In this document: positions 46,375 to 54,365 of the stretch, one piece after another
Position numbering within the stretch: the first letter of the stretch is position 1
Layout: the number at the start of each line of letters is the position of its first letter
Origin: a virus
Direction: 5' to 3' (one strand)
DNA: 64,000 nt
IMG/VR virus record: IMGVR_UViG_3300023223_001361
Span: 90,113 to 154,112 of that record
Position numbers and translations under genes: made by a program
Notes under the pieces: model-generated
The model's input: the letters and a program-made list of their open reading frames with translations, nothing else
What the model was told of the DNA's origin: nothing
The model's database searches: none

Positions 46375-46854
46375 ATGAGTAATTTAAGAAATCACATTAG
46401 AGTAAATTGTCAATTTTGCGATAAAAATATTTCATTTCCTAATATAACTAAGCATGAAAATGCGTGTTACTTAAATCCAAAAAATATTAGGAAATGCCCA
46501 GTTTGTGATAAAATTATCAAGAATAAAGACAGTAATACTTGTTCATATTCTTGCTCTAATACATTTTATAGAAGCGGAAGAAATGCTTCTAATTGGAATG
46601 AAGAGACATATAGAACTACTTGTTTTGAATATCATGAAAAGAAGTGTGTTATTTGTTCTGAGGAATTAATAGTAGCTGTTCATCATTTAGATGGGAATAG
46701 AGAAAATAATAAACCAGAAAATTTAATTCCTTTATGTGCAACACATCATCAATATTGGCATAGCCGATATAGATATTTAATTGAAGATAAGGTAACTCAA
46801 TATATTTTCAAATGGAAGAAAAAGAACCAAGTAAATTTACAATTAACCAAATGA
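46375..46854 (+). CDS. HNH homing endonuclease
   Basis: VHHLDGNRENN..NL..LC..HH plus N-terminal CxxC zinc fingers; inside the tRNA cluster. Confidence 0.88.
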   Translation: MSNLRNHIRVNCQFCDKNISFPNITKHENACYLNPKNIRKCPVCDKIIKNKDSNTCSYSCSNTFYRSGRNASNWNEETYRTTCFEYHEKKCVICSEELIVAVHHLDGNRENNKPENLIPLCATHHQYWHSRYRYLIEDKVTQYIFKWKKKNQVNLQLTK

Positions 46855-47114
46855 GATTAGAAGCTTTAAAATCTTGGCAGGGATCCAAAATATTTTCAAC
46901 TACTGCATCTAGAGAAATGAGATTAGCTCTTAAGCAGGTAATCAGAGAATTGGAACCGTCTAAATCAAAAAAGAAATAGATTATGATTGATCAAAGAATT
47001 TTGCTTAAGTTGAATAAAAGAGATAAGAAAAAACTTGCCATCATAAAAGTAAGAACAGAAAAAGGTCTTCGGTTCCAACTTTATAGATATGGAGGTGAGT
47101 GGAAAGAAATAATA

Positions 47115-47189
47115 TGCGGCATGGAGAAGTAGTAACTCACCGTGTTCATAACTCGGAGATCGCAAGTGCAAATCTTGTTGCCGCTACCA
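47115..47189 (+). tRNA. tRNA-Met(CAU), initiator-like
   Basis: U1-U72 mismatch, A11-U24, loop TTCATAA, CCA. Confidence 0.85.
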
Positions 47190-47208
47190 AGTTATAATGG
47201 AGAATATT

Positions 47209-47457
47209 ATGATACCTTTAGGTAAAAAAGCGAAAGATAAAATAACTGGATTTGTTGGCATCATTATAGGTCGAGCACAATACTTGACAGGTTGTGATCA
47301 ATATGCATTAGTTGCAGAAGTAGTAGAAGCTACTTAAGGACCTGGTAAGTCTGAATGGTTTGATGAGGGCAGAGTAGAAGTTGTTGGTGCTGGGATAGAA
47401 CCCTCAGAATTACAAGGGTCGATTGCAGGTGGTCCACAAAGAGATGCACCTGAGTAA
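47209..47457 (+). pseudogene. phage hypothetical gene interrupted by an in-frame TAA at 47335
   Basis: MIPLGKKAKDKITGF.G..GR..YLTGCDQY...T*GPGKSEWFDEGRVEV...GGPQ reads through in one frame; GGAG RBS. Confidence 0.7.
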
Positions 47458-47474
47458 AGTTTGGAGAAAGAATT

Positions 47475-47672
47475 ATGAAAACACATAAATTAAAAACAGA
47501 ACATGATTATAGTAATTTTGAAGTTTCTAATGCTATTCATGAGGTTTATGAATTACTTCAACATCTTAGAAAAAGTAATTCTTTATTCTTACAGATGTAT
47601 TGTAAATCAGAAAGAATATTAGGTGATTTAGATAGAAGTAATGCTGAATATTCTTTCAAATCTAAGAAATAA
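47475..47672 (+). CDS. hypothetical protein
   Basis: GGAG RBS; 65 aa. Confidence 0.55.
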   Translation: MKTHKLKTEHDYSNFEVSNAIHEVYELLQHLRKSNSLFLQMYCKSERILGDLDRSNAEYSFKSKK

Positions 47673-47718
47673 TTTTATAATGAATAAAGAAACAGAAGTG
47701 TTTAATAAAGTTGTTAAC

Positions 47719-47746
47719 GAAGGTCCGATCCCTTCTCTCCCAGCCA
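47719..47746 (+). pseudogene. 3' remnant of a tRNA (Gln-like)
   Basis: T-arm GAAGG-TCCGATC-CCTTC + TCTCCCA-G-CCA; no matching 5' half. Confidence 0.55.
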
Positions 47747-47748
47747 AC

Positions 47749-47843
47749 GGAAGTGTAAGCCGAAAGATTCTGGGTAGCGGTGGTCGCCTTGAAAGCGAAG
47801 TGTCTTAACCGACGTGTGGGTTCGAATCCTACCACTTCCGCCA
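47749..47843 (+). tRNA. tRNA-Ser(UGA)
   Basis: GGAAGTG/CACTTCC, G73, loop CTTGAAA, long variable arm, enlarged D-loop. Confidence 0.9.
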
Positions 47844-47846
47844 TTT

Positions 47847-47934
47847 GGAAACTTGGCAGAGCGGTTTATTGCGCTGGTTTGCTAAATCAGTAAGTGTAAA
47901 AGCTTCATAGGTTCGAATCCTATAGTTTCCGCCA
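47847..47934 (+). tRNA. tRNA-Ser(GCU)
   Basis: loop TTGCTAA, long variable arm, G73, CCA. Confidence 0.93.
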
Positions 47935-47936
47935 TA

Positions 47937-48042
47937 TGCGAGTTGGTGAATAATCCAGCGAAAGGCTTTAGATCGAGTAGTGAAATCACGCTGGTAGTTC
48001 ATAACCAGTATAGAGTATAACGGGAAAACTCGCTCGCGACCA
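47937..48042 (+). ncRNA. 106-nt tRNA-like RNA with acceptor stem and CCA but non-canonical arms
   Basis: TGCGAGT/GCTCGCG-A-CCA closes several short hairpins; no TTC T-loop. Confidence 0.65.
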
Positions 48043-48117
48043 GTTTTAAGTTAGAGATGGAAAAATGAAAAGTAAAGTTAGAAATTCAAATACAGAAAGT
48101 GAACGAGAACCCAATAA

Positions 48118-48193
48118 GGGTCCATCGTCTACGCTGGTTAGGATACTTGGCTTTCACCCAGGAGAAGTGGGATCGTCGCCGCTGGACCTACCA
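48118..48193 (+). tRNA. tRNA-Glu(UUC), degenerate T-arm
   Basis: loop CTTTCAC, CCA; G1-U72; T-loop ATCGTCG with disrupted stem. Confidence 0.8.
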
Positions 48194-48227
48194 TTTTTTC
48201 TTATTATCGATACGCTGTATAATATAC

Positions 48228-48313
48228 GGGGTATCGCCAGAGTGGGAGCTGTGAGCGGTCTGTAAAATCGCTGTCTTAGGACTAGGAAGGTTCGATTCCT
48301 TCATGCCCCACCA
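48228..48313 (+). tRNA. tRNA-Tyr(GUA)
   Basis: loop CTGTAAA, long variable arm, A73, CCA. Confidence 0.92.
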
Positions 48314-48331
48314 ATTAAGATTTACTTTTTT

Positions 48332-48568
48332 ATGTTGATGATTAAAGTTCAAAATAGTTCCGAATTTTCTAAAGCAGTTGAGAAGATAGTAAACGATACT
48401 GATTATAATTATCTTGAAGCTATTTTACAGTATGCCCAATCTAGAGGTATAGAACTTGAAAGTGTTCCAAAACTTTTAACCCAAAAACTTAAAGTTGAAT
48501 TAGAAAAAGAATCCTATGACATGAATCGTCTAGGGAAAAAACCAAGCTCTTTGCCTGTGGATGATTAG
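48332..48568 (+). CDS. gp33: late-promoter transcription co-activator
   Basis: FS..VE.IV...YLEAI..Y...IE.E.V.KL....LK..LE.E; precedes gp59/gp32. Confidence 0.85.
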   Translation: MLMIKVQNSSEFSKAVEKIVNDTDYNYLEAILQYAQSRGIELESVPKLLTQKLKVELEKESYDMNRLGKKPSSLPVDD

Positions 48569-48770
48569 TATATTTTTGAAATTGCTCATTACTGTTTTTC
48601 ATTTAATGTTTTCTATTTGTTTTATGGTATGTTTGATGAGGCCTGGAAAACAACCAGAAAATAAGTTTGAACGTTTTTGTGAAAACTTTACTTTTACTGT
48701 TCTTTGCGGTGCTGGTATTTTGTGTATGGGATTATTGACTATTGGTTGGTGGAGGTGGTTAATTTCTTAA
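48561..48770 (+). CDS. small membrane protein
   Basis: two TM helices. Confidence 0.55.
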   Translation: MISIFLKLLITVFHLMFSICFMVCLMRPGKQPENKFERFCENFTFTVLCGAGILCMGLLTIGWWRWLIS

Positions 48771-49385
48771 ATGAGTAAGATAACTCCTTTTGAATGTTAC
48801 AAAATGTATATTGCATTGAAGACTCATTTCAATAACGAGAAATATGATTACCAAAAATTAAATGGCAGAGTAAGAGCAAATAAAGATTCATTTGAAAAAA
48901 GAAATGATAAAGCTTTTTTTTATCGTTTAGTAAAAAAATACGATGACAAGAAATTTTTAGAACATTTTTTTGTAGCTAATTTCGTTGAAAATAATGGTAT
49001 GTGGATAGGTGATGCTGTTGAAGAAGATGCAAATAATGTCTATCTGGAATGGAGAAAGAAAACTGATAGTATTGGATATATGTTTCGAGAAGATATGAAA
49101 ATTCTTCTTGGGAAGATATCTGGTAAAAAGGTAGCTGCGATTTATGAAGTTCTAGATGGTCAACATCCTTTATTTTTGAAATCCGTTCTGGAGAAAGATA
49201 TTTCATTTGAGACATTTACGATATTACTTACTATCGTATCTGATAAGTTTAAGAATGAAGCCCTTAGCGATAGGATAGAAGATGAGATAATTTGGCCGGA
49301 ATATCGGAAAAAAGCCGAGAAATATCAACCATTTTTGGATATCGAATCGGTCCGATTTAGACAGATAATATACGATTTAACTTGA
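48771..49385 (+). CDS. gp59: helicase loader
   Basis: YKMY.ALK.HF...YDY.K.NG.V....SF.KR.D..FF..L; synteny with gp33/gp32. Confidence 0.9.
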   Translation: MSKITPFECYKMYIALKTHFNNEKYDYQKLNGRVRANKDSFEKRNDKAFFYRLVKKYDDKKFLEHFFVANFVENNGMWIGDAVEEDANNVYLEWRKKTDSIGYMFREDMKILLGKISGKKVAAIYEVLDGQHPLFLKSVLEKDISFETFTILLTIVSDKFKNEALSDRIEDEIIWPEYRKKAEKYQPFLDIESVRFRQIIYDLT

Positions 49386-49409
49386 CAAAAATCATAAATA
49401 TGGTATAAT
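49382..49409 (+). promoter_or_regulatory. sigma70-type promoter of gene 32
   Basis: TTGACA-N16-TATAAT with TG extension. Confidence 0.7.
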
Positions 49410-49486
49410 ATTTGCATAAATTAATTCGTCATTTGTTTTTGTGAAATAGTCGAATACTAAAAATACACTGAATAAGGAAAAATACT

Positions 49487-50410
49487 ATGTCCAAGTCATT
49501 TAGCCAACTACGTAAAAACCGTAATAGTCGTCTGCAAGAATTAAATAAAGCAGTCGACGAAGAAAAAACACCCTCATATAAACAAAACGATGATCGTTTT
49601 TGGAAGTTAACCAGAGATGATGCAGGGAATGGTTCTGCTCTTATTCGTTTTTTGGATGCCCCAAAAGATGAAGATTGGGCATGGGTTCGTTATTTTGATC
49701 ATGGATTCCAAGGTCCTGGTGGATGGTTTATTGAGAAGTCTTTGACGACAATCGGTAAATCAGATCCGGTCAGTGAACTTAATCGTTCTTTATTTCAAAC
49801 TGGAATCAAAGCTAATGAGGAGCAAGCTCGTGAGCAGAAAAGACGTTTACATTATGTTTCTAATATTCTTGTTATAAAGGATCCTAAGAATTCGGATAAT
49901 GATGGTAAGGTTTTTCTTTTCCGATATGGAAAGAAAATCTTTGAATTGCTTCAAGGTGTAATGTCACCTGAAACTGATGAGCTAGATCCAGATAATACTC
50001 CAGATGAAATTAATCCATTTTGTATGTGGGAAGGTGCGAATCTTAAACTTCGGGTTCGAATGGCTGATAAGTATCCAGCTTATGATAAGTCTTCTTTTGA
50101 AGATTGTTCTGCAATTTTTCCGAAAGATGATGCTCAATATGAAAAGCTTTGGGAAAGTCAACATTCACTTCAAGATTTAATTTCTGAAGATAAGTTTAAA
50201 ACTTATGAACAGTTGCAAGCAAGACTTAATAGAGTTTTGGGAACTGGTCTTCCTGATGTTTCCAGGAATGTAAAAGCCGAAACTTCAACTATTACTTCAG
50301 CAACCGTTGAAGAAGTTGAGTTAGATGATGCTGAAGATTTGGGTGATAGTGGTGATGAAACCGAGGCTGAAGGTCTTGAGTTTCTAGAAAAGTTAGCTGC
50401 TGATAGTTAA
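49487..50410 (+). CDS. gp32: single-stranded DNA-binding protein
   Basis: DDRFWK...GNG.A.IRFL, HGFQGPGGWFIE, FRYGKKIF, YDKS.F, acidic tail. Confidence 0.96.
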   Translation: MSKSFSQLRKNRNSRLQELNKAVDEEKTPSYKQNDDRFWKLTRDDAGNGSALIRFLDAPKDEDWAWVRYFDHGFQGPGGWFIEKSLTTIGKSDPVSELNRSLFQTGIKANEEQAREQKRRLHYVSNILVIKDPKNSDNDGKVFLFRYGKKIFELLQGVMSPETDELDPDNTPDEINPFCMWEGANLKLRVRMADKYPAYDKSSFEDCSAIFPKDDAQYEKLWESQHSLQDLISEDKFKTYEQLQARLNRVLGTGLPDVSRNVKAETSTITSATVEEVELDDAEDLGDSGDETEAEGLEFLEKLAADS

Positions 50411-50418
50411 TAAATTTT

Positions 50419-50577
50419 ACCAGATGTGGTTAGTACAGAATTCGGATGTAAACTTGGTTTTACCCATGCCTGTTCTCTGGAAAATCGTTGGTCGGAATAA
50501 TCCATATTAGATTAGTTAAAACCGGTAACAAGGTATGGATTAATGTAACTGAGTCAGTGGAAGCTCAGACATCTGGT
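50419..50577. ncRNA. ~160-nt multi-stem element between convergent genes
   Basis: ACCAGATGT/ACATCTGGT closing stem, TAATCCATA/TATGGATTA and CTGAG/CTCAG inner stems. Confidence 0.45.
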
Positions 50578-50579
50578 TT

Positions 50580-53165
50580 TTATCCTACGTGTTGGGAATC
50601 TGTTAGGCGCTGAATAGTACCTTCTTGATGTCTTAGACCTTGTTGATTTACTGTAGTTCTACTAGTATTAATATTCTTATTGTTGCTAGTATTAATGAGG
50701 TTTCCTCCCCCTTGATTAGCCGCTTTAACGTTTTTTGCACTTTGTAATCCAAGATTTTGTTCAATAGTATCTAATAGCGCAAGTTTACCCCTAACCAATC
50801 CTTCCGCATCGAAGCTGGCTATCTTTGAAGATAAGTCTCCACCGCCAAGTCCTTCTAAGCCTGCTGTTAATGAACTACCAGGTTGTCCAAAAATATTCCC
50901 AAGTGATCCAGATGGTAGAAAACTAGTTGTTGGACCTAATCCACTAATTCCACTGCCAGCTTTAGCTATTTGGATTGCTTCGGGAGCTCCACCGGTTGTT
51001 TGAGATAATCGACCTAATTTATAATATTCACTAATAGATGTTCCAAAGCCATCACGAAAAGCTTGTCCACTTCTTATCAAATTGGCTGCCTTTCTGACTC
51101 CTCCCAAATGAGCAGCAAATAATGCTCCAGCAATATCTTCTGCTGAAGAAGTGTTTGTGATTATTCCCATTTTTTTGAGTCTATTGAAGTTTATATCTGT
51201 GAATTTTTTAAAAGCTGTTTCTTGGATTTGGGGATCATTCAAAAAAGTTGTAAGTCCACCTTCTATGGTCCAGTTTCGTGGATCAGCTAATACTTTGGCA
51301 ACTCTTCCTTTCTTCGAAGCACCTTTTTTTAGTAAACCAACATCTTCTAAAGCAGTATGACCAAATTGATATTTTCCAGCAAATCCAAATTTATTTTGAA
51401 TGTTATATTTTCCACCACTTTCTCTTTGACCTAAAGTTTCCCTAAAAGCATCAAAATTAAATTCACTCGGAACAGATGTTGGAGGTTCTCTAGTTAGTTC
51501 ATCTCTTTTTCCCCCAAATGTTTCTTGGGGTTCGGCTCTAGAAGCTATTTGTTTATCTTCTGTTTCAAATACTTCTCTTGCAGTAGCCATTGAGGCTGCT
51601 GGACCTATAGATTTCTTTTTAGAACTGAGAAGTTTTCTCTTTGTTTCTATTTCTATTTTTGCTTTTTTTACTGCAAATTCTCTGTCGTTAATGGCACCTT
51701 GTTCTAATAATCTTTGTAGAGCTTGTAACCTTCTTTCTTTACCTTCAATTATTTTAATGCCTTCTCCTTTCTTTGGCTTAACTGGAGTTGGTTTAGGCGG
51801 TGCTGGCGGTATCGAAACTGGATCTAGATTTCTTGTTGGTGTGGTTTGAACTGCTGAAATTAAACGAGAAGGTATGGCCCAGTCCGGAAGCCATTTTTGC
51901 ATAAAACCAACAACTCTTTTTGGAATAGCTGTTAAAAAGTCGGCTATTTTACCAATACCATTTTTGATGGAATTGATAAGTGTATCTAATCTTTTTTTGC
52001 CAACAATTTCTTCTAGCTTCATTTGGGCTATATTTACAGCATTAGTTATGGTATCCCACACACTTCCAAAGAAATCTTTAATTAGATTTAAACCAGTGAA
52101 AAAGTTATCCTTAACATCGATTGCGAAATCTTTAATAATACCTAGACCTGCTTTGAAATCATTCCAAATATCATTTATGAAATTAGATATTCCTTGGATC
52201 CCATTCATAAATTGAGTCCATTTACCCACAATAAATTCTTCGGACGCAAGGAGTGCGTCAAATATTGTATTTCGGATAGTTATAATGAAATCTGAAATTG
52301 CAACAAAAATATCTTTGAAGAGTAGAAAAGCACCTTCCAATCGTTCCATAGAAAATTGCCAGAATAAATTAATTTCATCTAATATTGCAACTCCGTTGTC
52401 CCAAAATTCAATTACTTTATTTAAACTATTCTGAAACTTTTCTTGAAATTCTTTTAGGTTTTTGACAATATCATCCATACTGATATTTTTTAAATCATTA
52501 ACCCATTTTTGGATTCTATCTGGTCGAATTAAAAAGAGAATACCAGCAAGTGCTGCAAGAAGCCCTCCAGCAATTGCAAATTTTTTAAGACCACGAATTA
52601 TGCCGGATAAGAAACTTTCTTTTTCCTTTTCTTCCTTTTCTTCTGTTTTCGTACCTTCTTCAACTTTTCTTCTTGATTCTCTTTTATCTTCGATACCCTG
52701 AAATAATTGTTCTCTTTGAGATTCGGCTGCTTCATTTTGAATATTAATCATTTCAAATAGTAGTTCATTACTGAAATCTACAGTACTTAAAATTTCCGCG
52801 AGAATACCATTATTATTTCCTTTTCCAAAGAGTTCCCTATCTTGATTTTGTTGCTCTTTAAGTTGTTCCCGAAGTTTCTCTAATTCATTAGTAGTGTTTT
52901 TTTGCTCGTCAGTTTGCGCTTGCGCTGCATCTTCAGCAGCTTCTCTAGCAGCTTTTGTTTCTTTGACAGCATCACTAACAGTACCAAATACTGTTTCGAT
53001 AGAACTAGCTATTGTTGCCCCAATAGGACCACCACCAACTCTAAGGATATTAAGTGGATTAGCGGCTGCAACTACAGTTTTCGCAGCACCTTTGACGGTT
53101 CCAACTGCCGACTCACCAATTTTCCCAACAATTCTTCGAGTCACACCCGGTACGTTATTTGCCAT
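50580..53165 (-). CDS. tape-measure/baseplate hub protein (gp29-like) with lysozyme-like (transglycosylase) domain
   Basis: long helical protein after gp26/gp51; FRETLGQRESGG.Y...AGKYQF...AAHLGG catalytic pattern. Confidence 0.75.
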   Translation of the reverse strand: MANNVPGVTRRIVGKIGESAVGTVKGAAKTVVAAANPLNILRVGGGPIGATIASSIETVFGTVSDAVKETKAAREAAEDAAQAQTDEQKNTTNELEKLREQLKEQQNQDRELFGKGNNNGILAEILSTVDFSNELLFEMINIQNEAAESQREQLFQGIEDKRESRRKVEEGTKTEEKEEKEKESFLSGIIRGLKKFAIAGGLLAALAGILFLIRPDRIQKWVNDLKNISMDDIVKNLKEFQEKFQNSLNKVIEFWDNGVAILDEINLFWQFSMERLEGAFLLFKDIFVAISDFIITIRNTIFDALLASEEFIVGKWTQFMNGIQGISNFINDIWNDFKAGLGIIKDFAIDVKDNFFTGLNLIKDFFGSVWDTITNAVNIAQMKLEEIVGKKRLDTLINSIKNGIGKIADFLTAIPKRVVGFMQKWLPDWAIPSRLISAVQTTPTRNLDPVSIPPAPPKPTPVKPKKGEGIKIIEGKERRLQALQRLLEQGAINDREFAVKKAKIEIETKRKLLSSKKKSIGPAASMATAREVFETEDKQIASRAEPQETFGGKRDELTREPPTSVPSEFNFDAFRETLGQRESGGKYNIQNKFGFAGKYQFGHTALEDVGLLKKGASKKGRVAKVLADPRNWTIEGGLTTFLNDPQIQETAFKKFTDINFNRLKKMGIITNTSSAEDIAGALFAAHLGGVRKAANLIRSGQAFRDGFGTSISEYYKLGRLSQTTGGAPEAIQIAKAGSGISGLGPTTSFLPSGSLGNIFGQPGSSLTAGLEGLGGGDLSSKIASFDAEGLVRGKLALLDTIEQNLGLQSAKNVKAANQGGGNLINTSNNKNINTSRTTVNQQGLRHQEGTIQRLTDSQHVG

Positions 53166-53410
53166 TAGTTCTCTTCTTCTATTCCTGGAGCTTTCTTGAT
53201 ATCATCTAGTGTCGAAAAGCCCACATAAGCACCTATAATTGATGCCATTACTGTAAAAAACCATCCTATTAATTCGCTAAGCAAAGCTAATCTATCATTA
53301 GGGATTTTAAACATAGCAATAGCCATAACGATAAAAATCGCTATAAGACATAACCATGCCATTCTTCTCCGGTTTTTCCATCTTCCTTTAGATAGATTAT
53401 TTGTTCCCAT
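53165..53410 (-). CDS. two-TM membrane protein (holin-like)
   Basis: RRRMAW + two TM helices. Confidence 0.6.
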   Translation of the reverse strand: MGTNNLSKGRWKNRRRMAWLCLIAIFIVMAIAMFKIPNDRLALLSELIGWFFTVMASIIGAYVGFSTLDDIKKAPGIEEEN

Positions 53411-53568
53411 TATTTCATTTTATTCATTTCTTGTTGAATTCTTTTATTTTCATTGTCGATCCATTTCGCCAATAAATCTACATAGATATCTCTTTCCCAA
53501 GGCATCATATTATCCAGCTCTGTTAAACTATATTTATGTTGCTGCATCATGTGGAAGTTTGTGAGCAT
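53410..53568 (-). CDS. gp51: gp51-like baseplate hub assembly protein (not in ORF track; frame open upstream to the gp26 slippery site)
   Basis: TNFHMMQQHKYSLTELDNMMPWERDIYVDLL signature. Confidence 0.88.
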   Translation of the reverse strand: MLTNFHMMQQHKYSLTELDNMMPWERDIYVDLLAKWIDNENKRIQQEMNKMK

Positions 53569-53597
53569 CAAACTTCCAATAGTCTCATGTTGCAGCC

Positions 53598-54326
53598 CTA
53601 GGCGAAAAAATTGTTTATACCCTCTAAAGTATAAAATTGTTCTTTACCGCATTTTTTACAGCTAAGATCAACTTTATGTCTTACTGCTGGCGAAGTCTCA
53701 AAAAAGTTTTGAATTTTTTCAAATTGTTTTTGTGTTAAACTTTCTAGAAATGCTAATTGTTCTTCTTGAGTAGTATCGATTATATCTGTTTGCTCTTTTC
53801 CGTCATAAACAGATTGGATACACTTAGTAATAATAAGAAACATCTTTTCAACATCTTTTTCATCTTTGATAAGTTGTATTTTTTCTAAGATATCAAATGT
53901 AGGATATTTCATTTGAACTTTGACTTTCTTTGTTAACTCAATTAGTGTTGTGTGGTTGGGATCTCTTTGAACTTGAACTTCTTTCAAATCAATAGTAATC
54001 TTTTTAACTTTTTTACATTCTTCACAATCTGTATCATCAATTCCTTTGAATGTTATCTCAGCAGTTTCACCAACTGATTTCATCCTTAAATTTAGAAAAA
54101 TGAATTCCAAATCAAACATAGGCATATTTTGCAAATCGATATCATCTAAAATGCAGCCATTGACAATTTGTTTGATTGCGTTAATTATTTCCTTTTGTTC
54201 GCCACCTTCCAGTGCCATCAAAAGGAGCTTTTCTTCTTTGACAAGGAATGGTCGATATTTAACCATTGTTCCACTTGATGGAATAGTCAATTCATATTCA
54301 GGGGCCGTAAGTGTAGGTAAAGCCAT
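53598..54326 (-). CDS. gp26: baseplate hub assembly chaperone
   Basis: MALP....YELTIPS.G..VKYRPFLVKEEK.LL.A.E; FD.E.IFL.LR.KSVGE; C..CG...EG...FF. Confidence 0.92.
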   Translation of the reverse strand: MALPTLTAPEYELTIPSSGTMVKYRPFLVKEEKLLLMALEGGEQKEIINAIKQIVNGCILDDIDLQNMPMFDLEFIFLNLRMKSVGETAEITFKGIDDTDCEECKKVKKITIDLKEVQVQRDPNHTTLIELTKKVKVQMKYPTFDILEKIQLIKDEKDVEKMFLIITKCIQSVYDGKEQTDIIDTTQEEQLAFLESLTQKQFEKIQNFFETSPAVRHKVDLSCKKCGKEQFYTLEGINNFFA

Positions 54327-54365
54327 AATAATATTCTCCTATAATAAAGTATCCAATTATATATA

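Noticed and set aside
47662-47844. Minus-strand ORF MAEVVGFEPT...
   Set aside because: Classic antisense translation of a tRNA (tRNA-Ser); the same applies to 46965..47171 over tRNA-Met.
48065-48265. ORF running through tRNA-Glu and into tRNA-Tyr as a second non-stop case
   Set aside because: Low-complexity start, no recognisable domain, tRNA 5' end not on a codon boundary; likely spurious.
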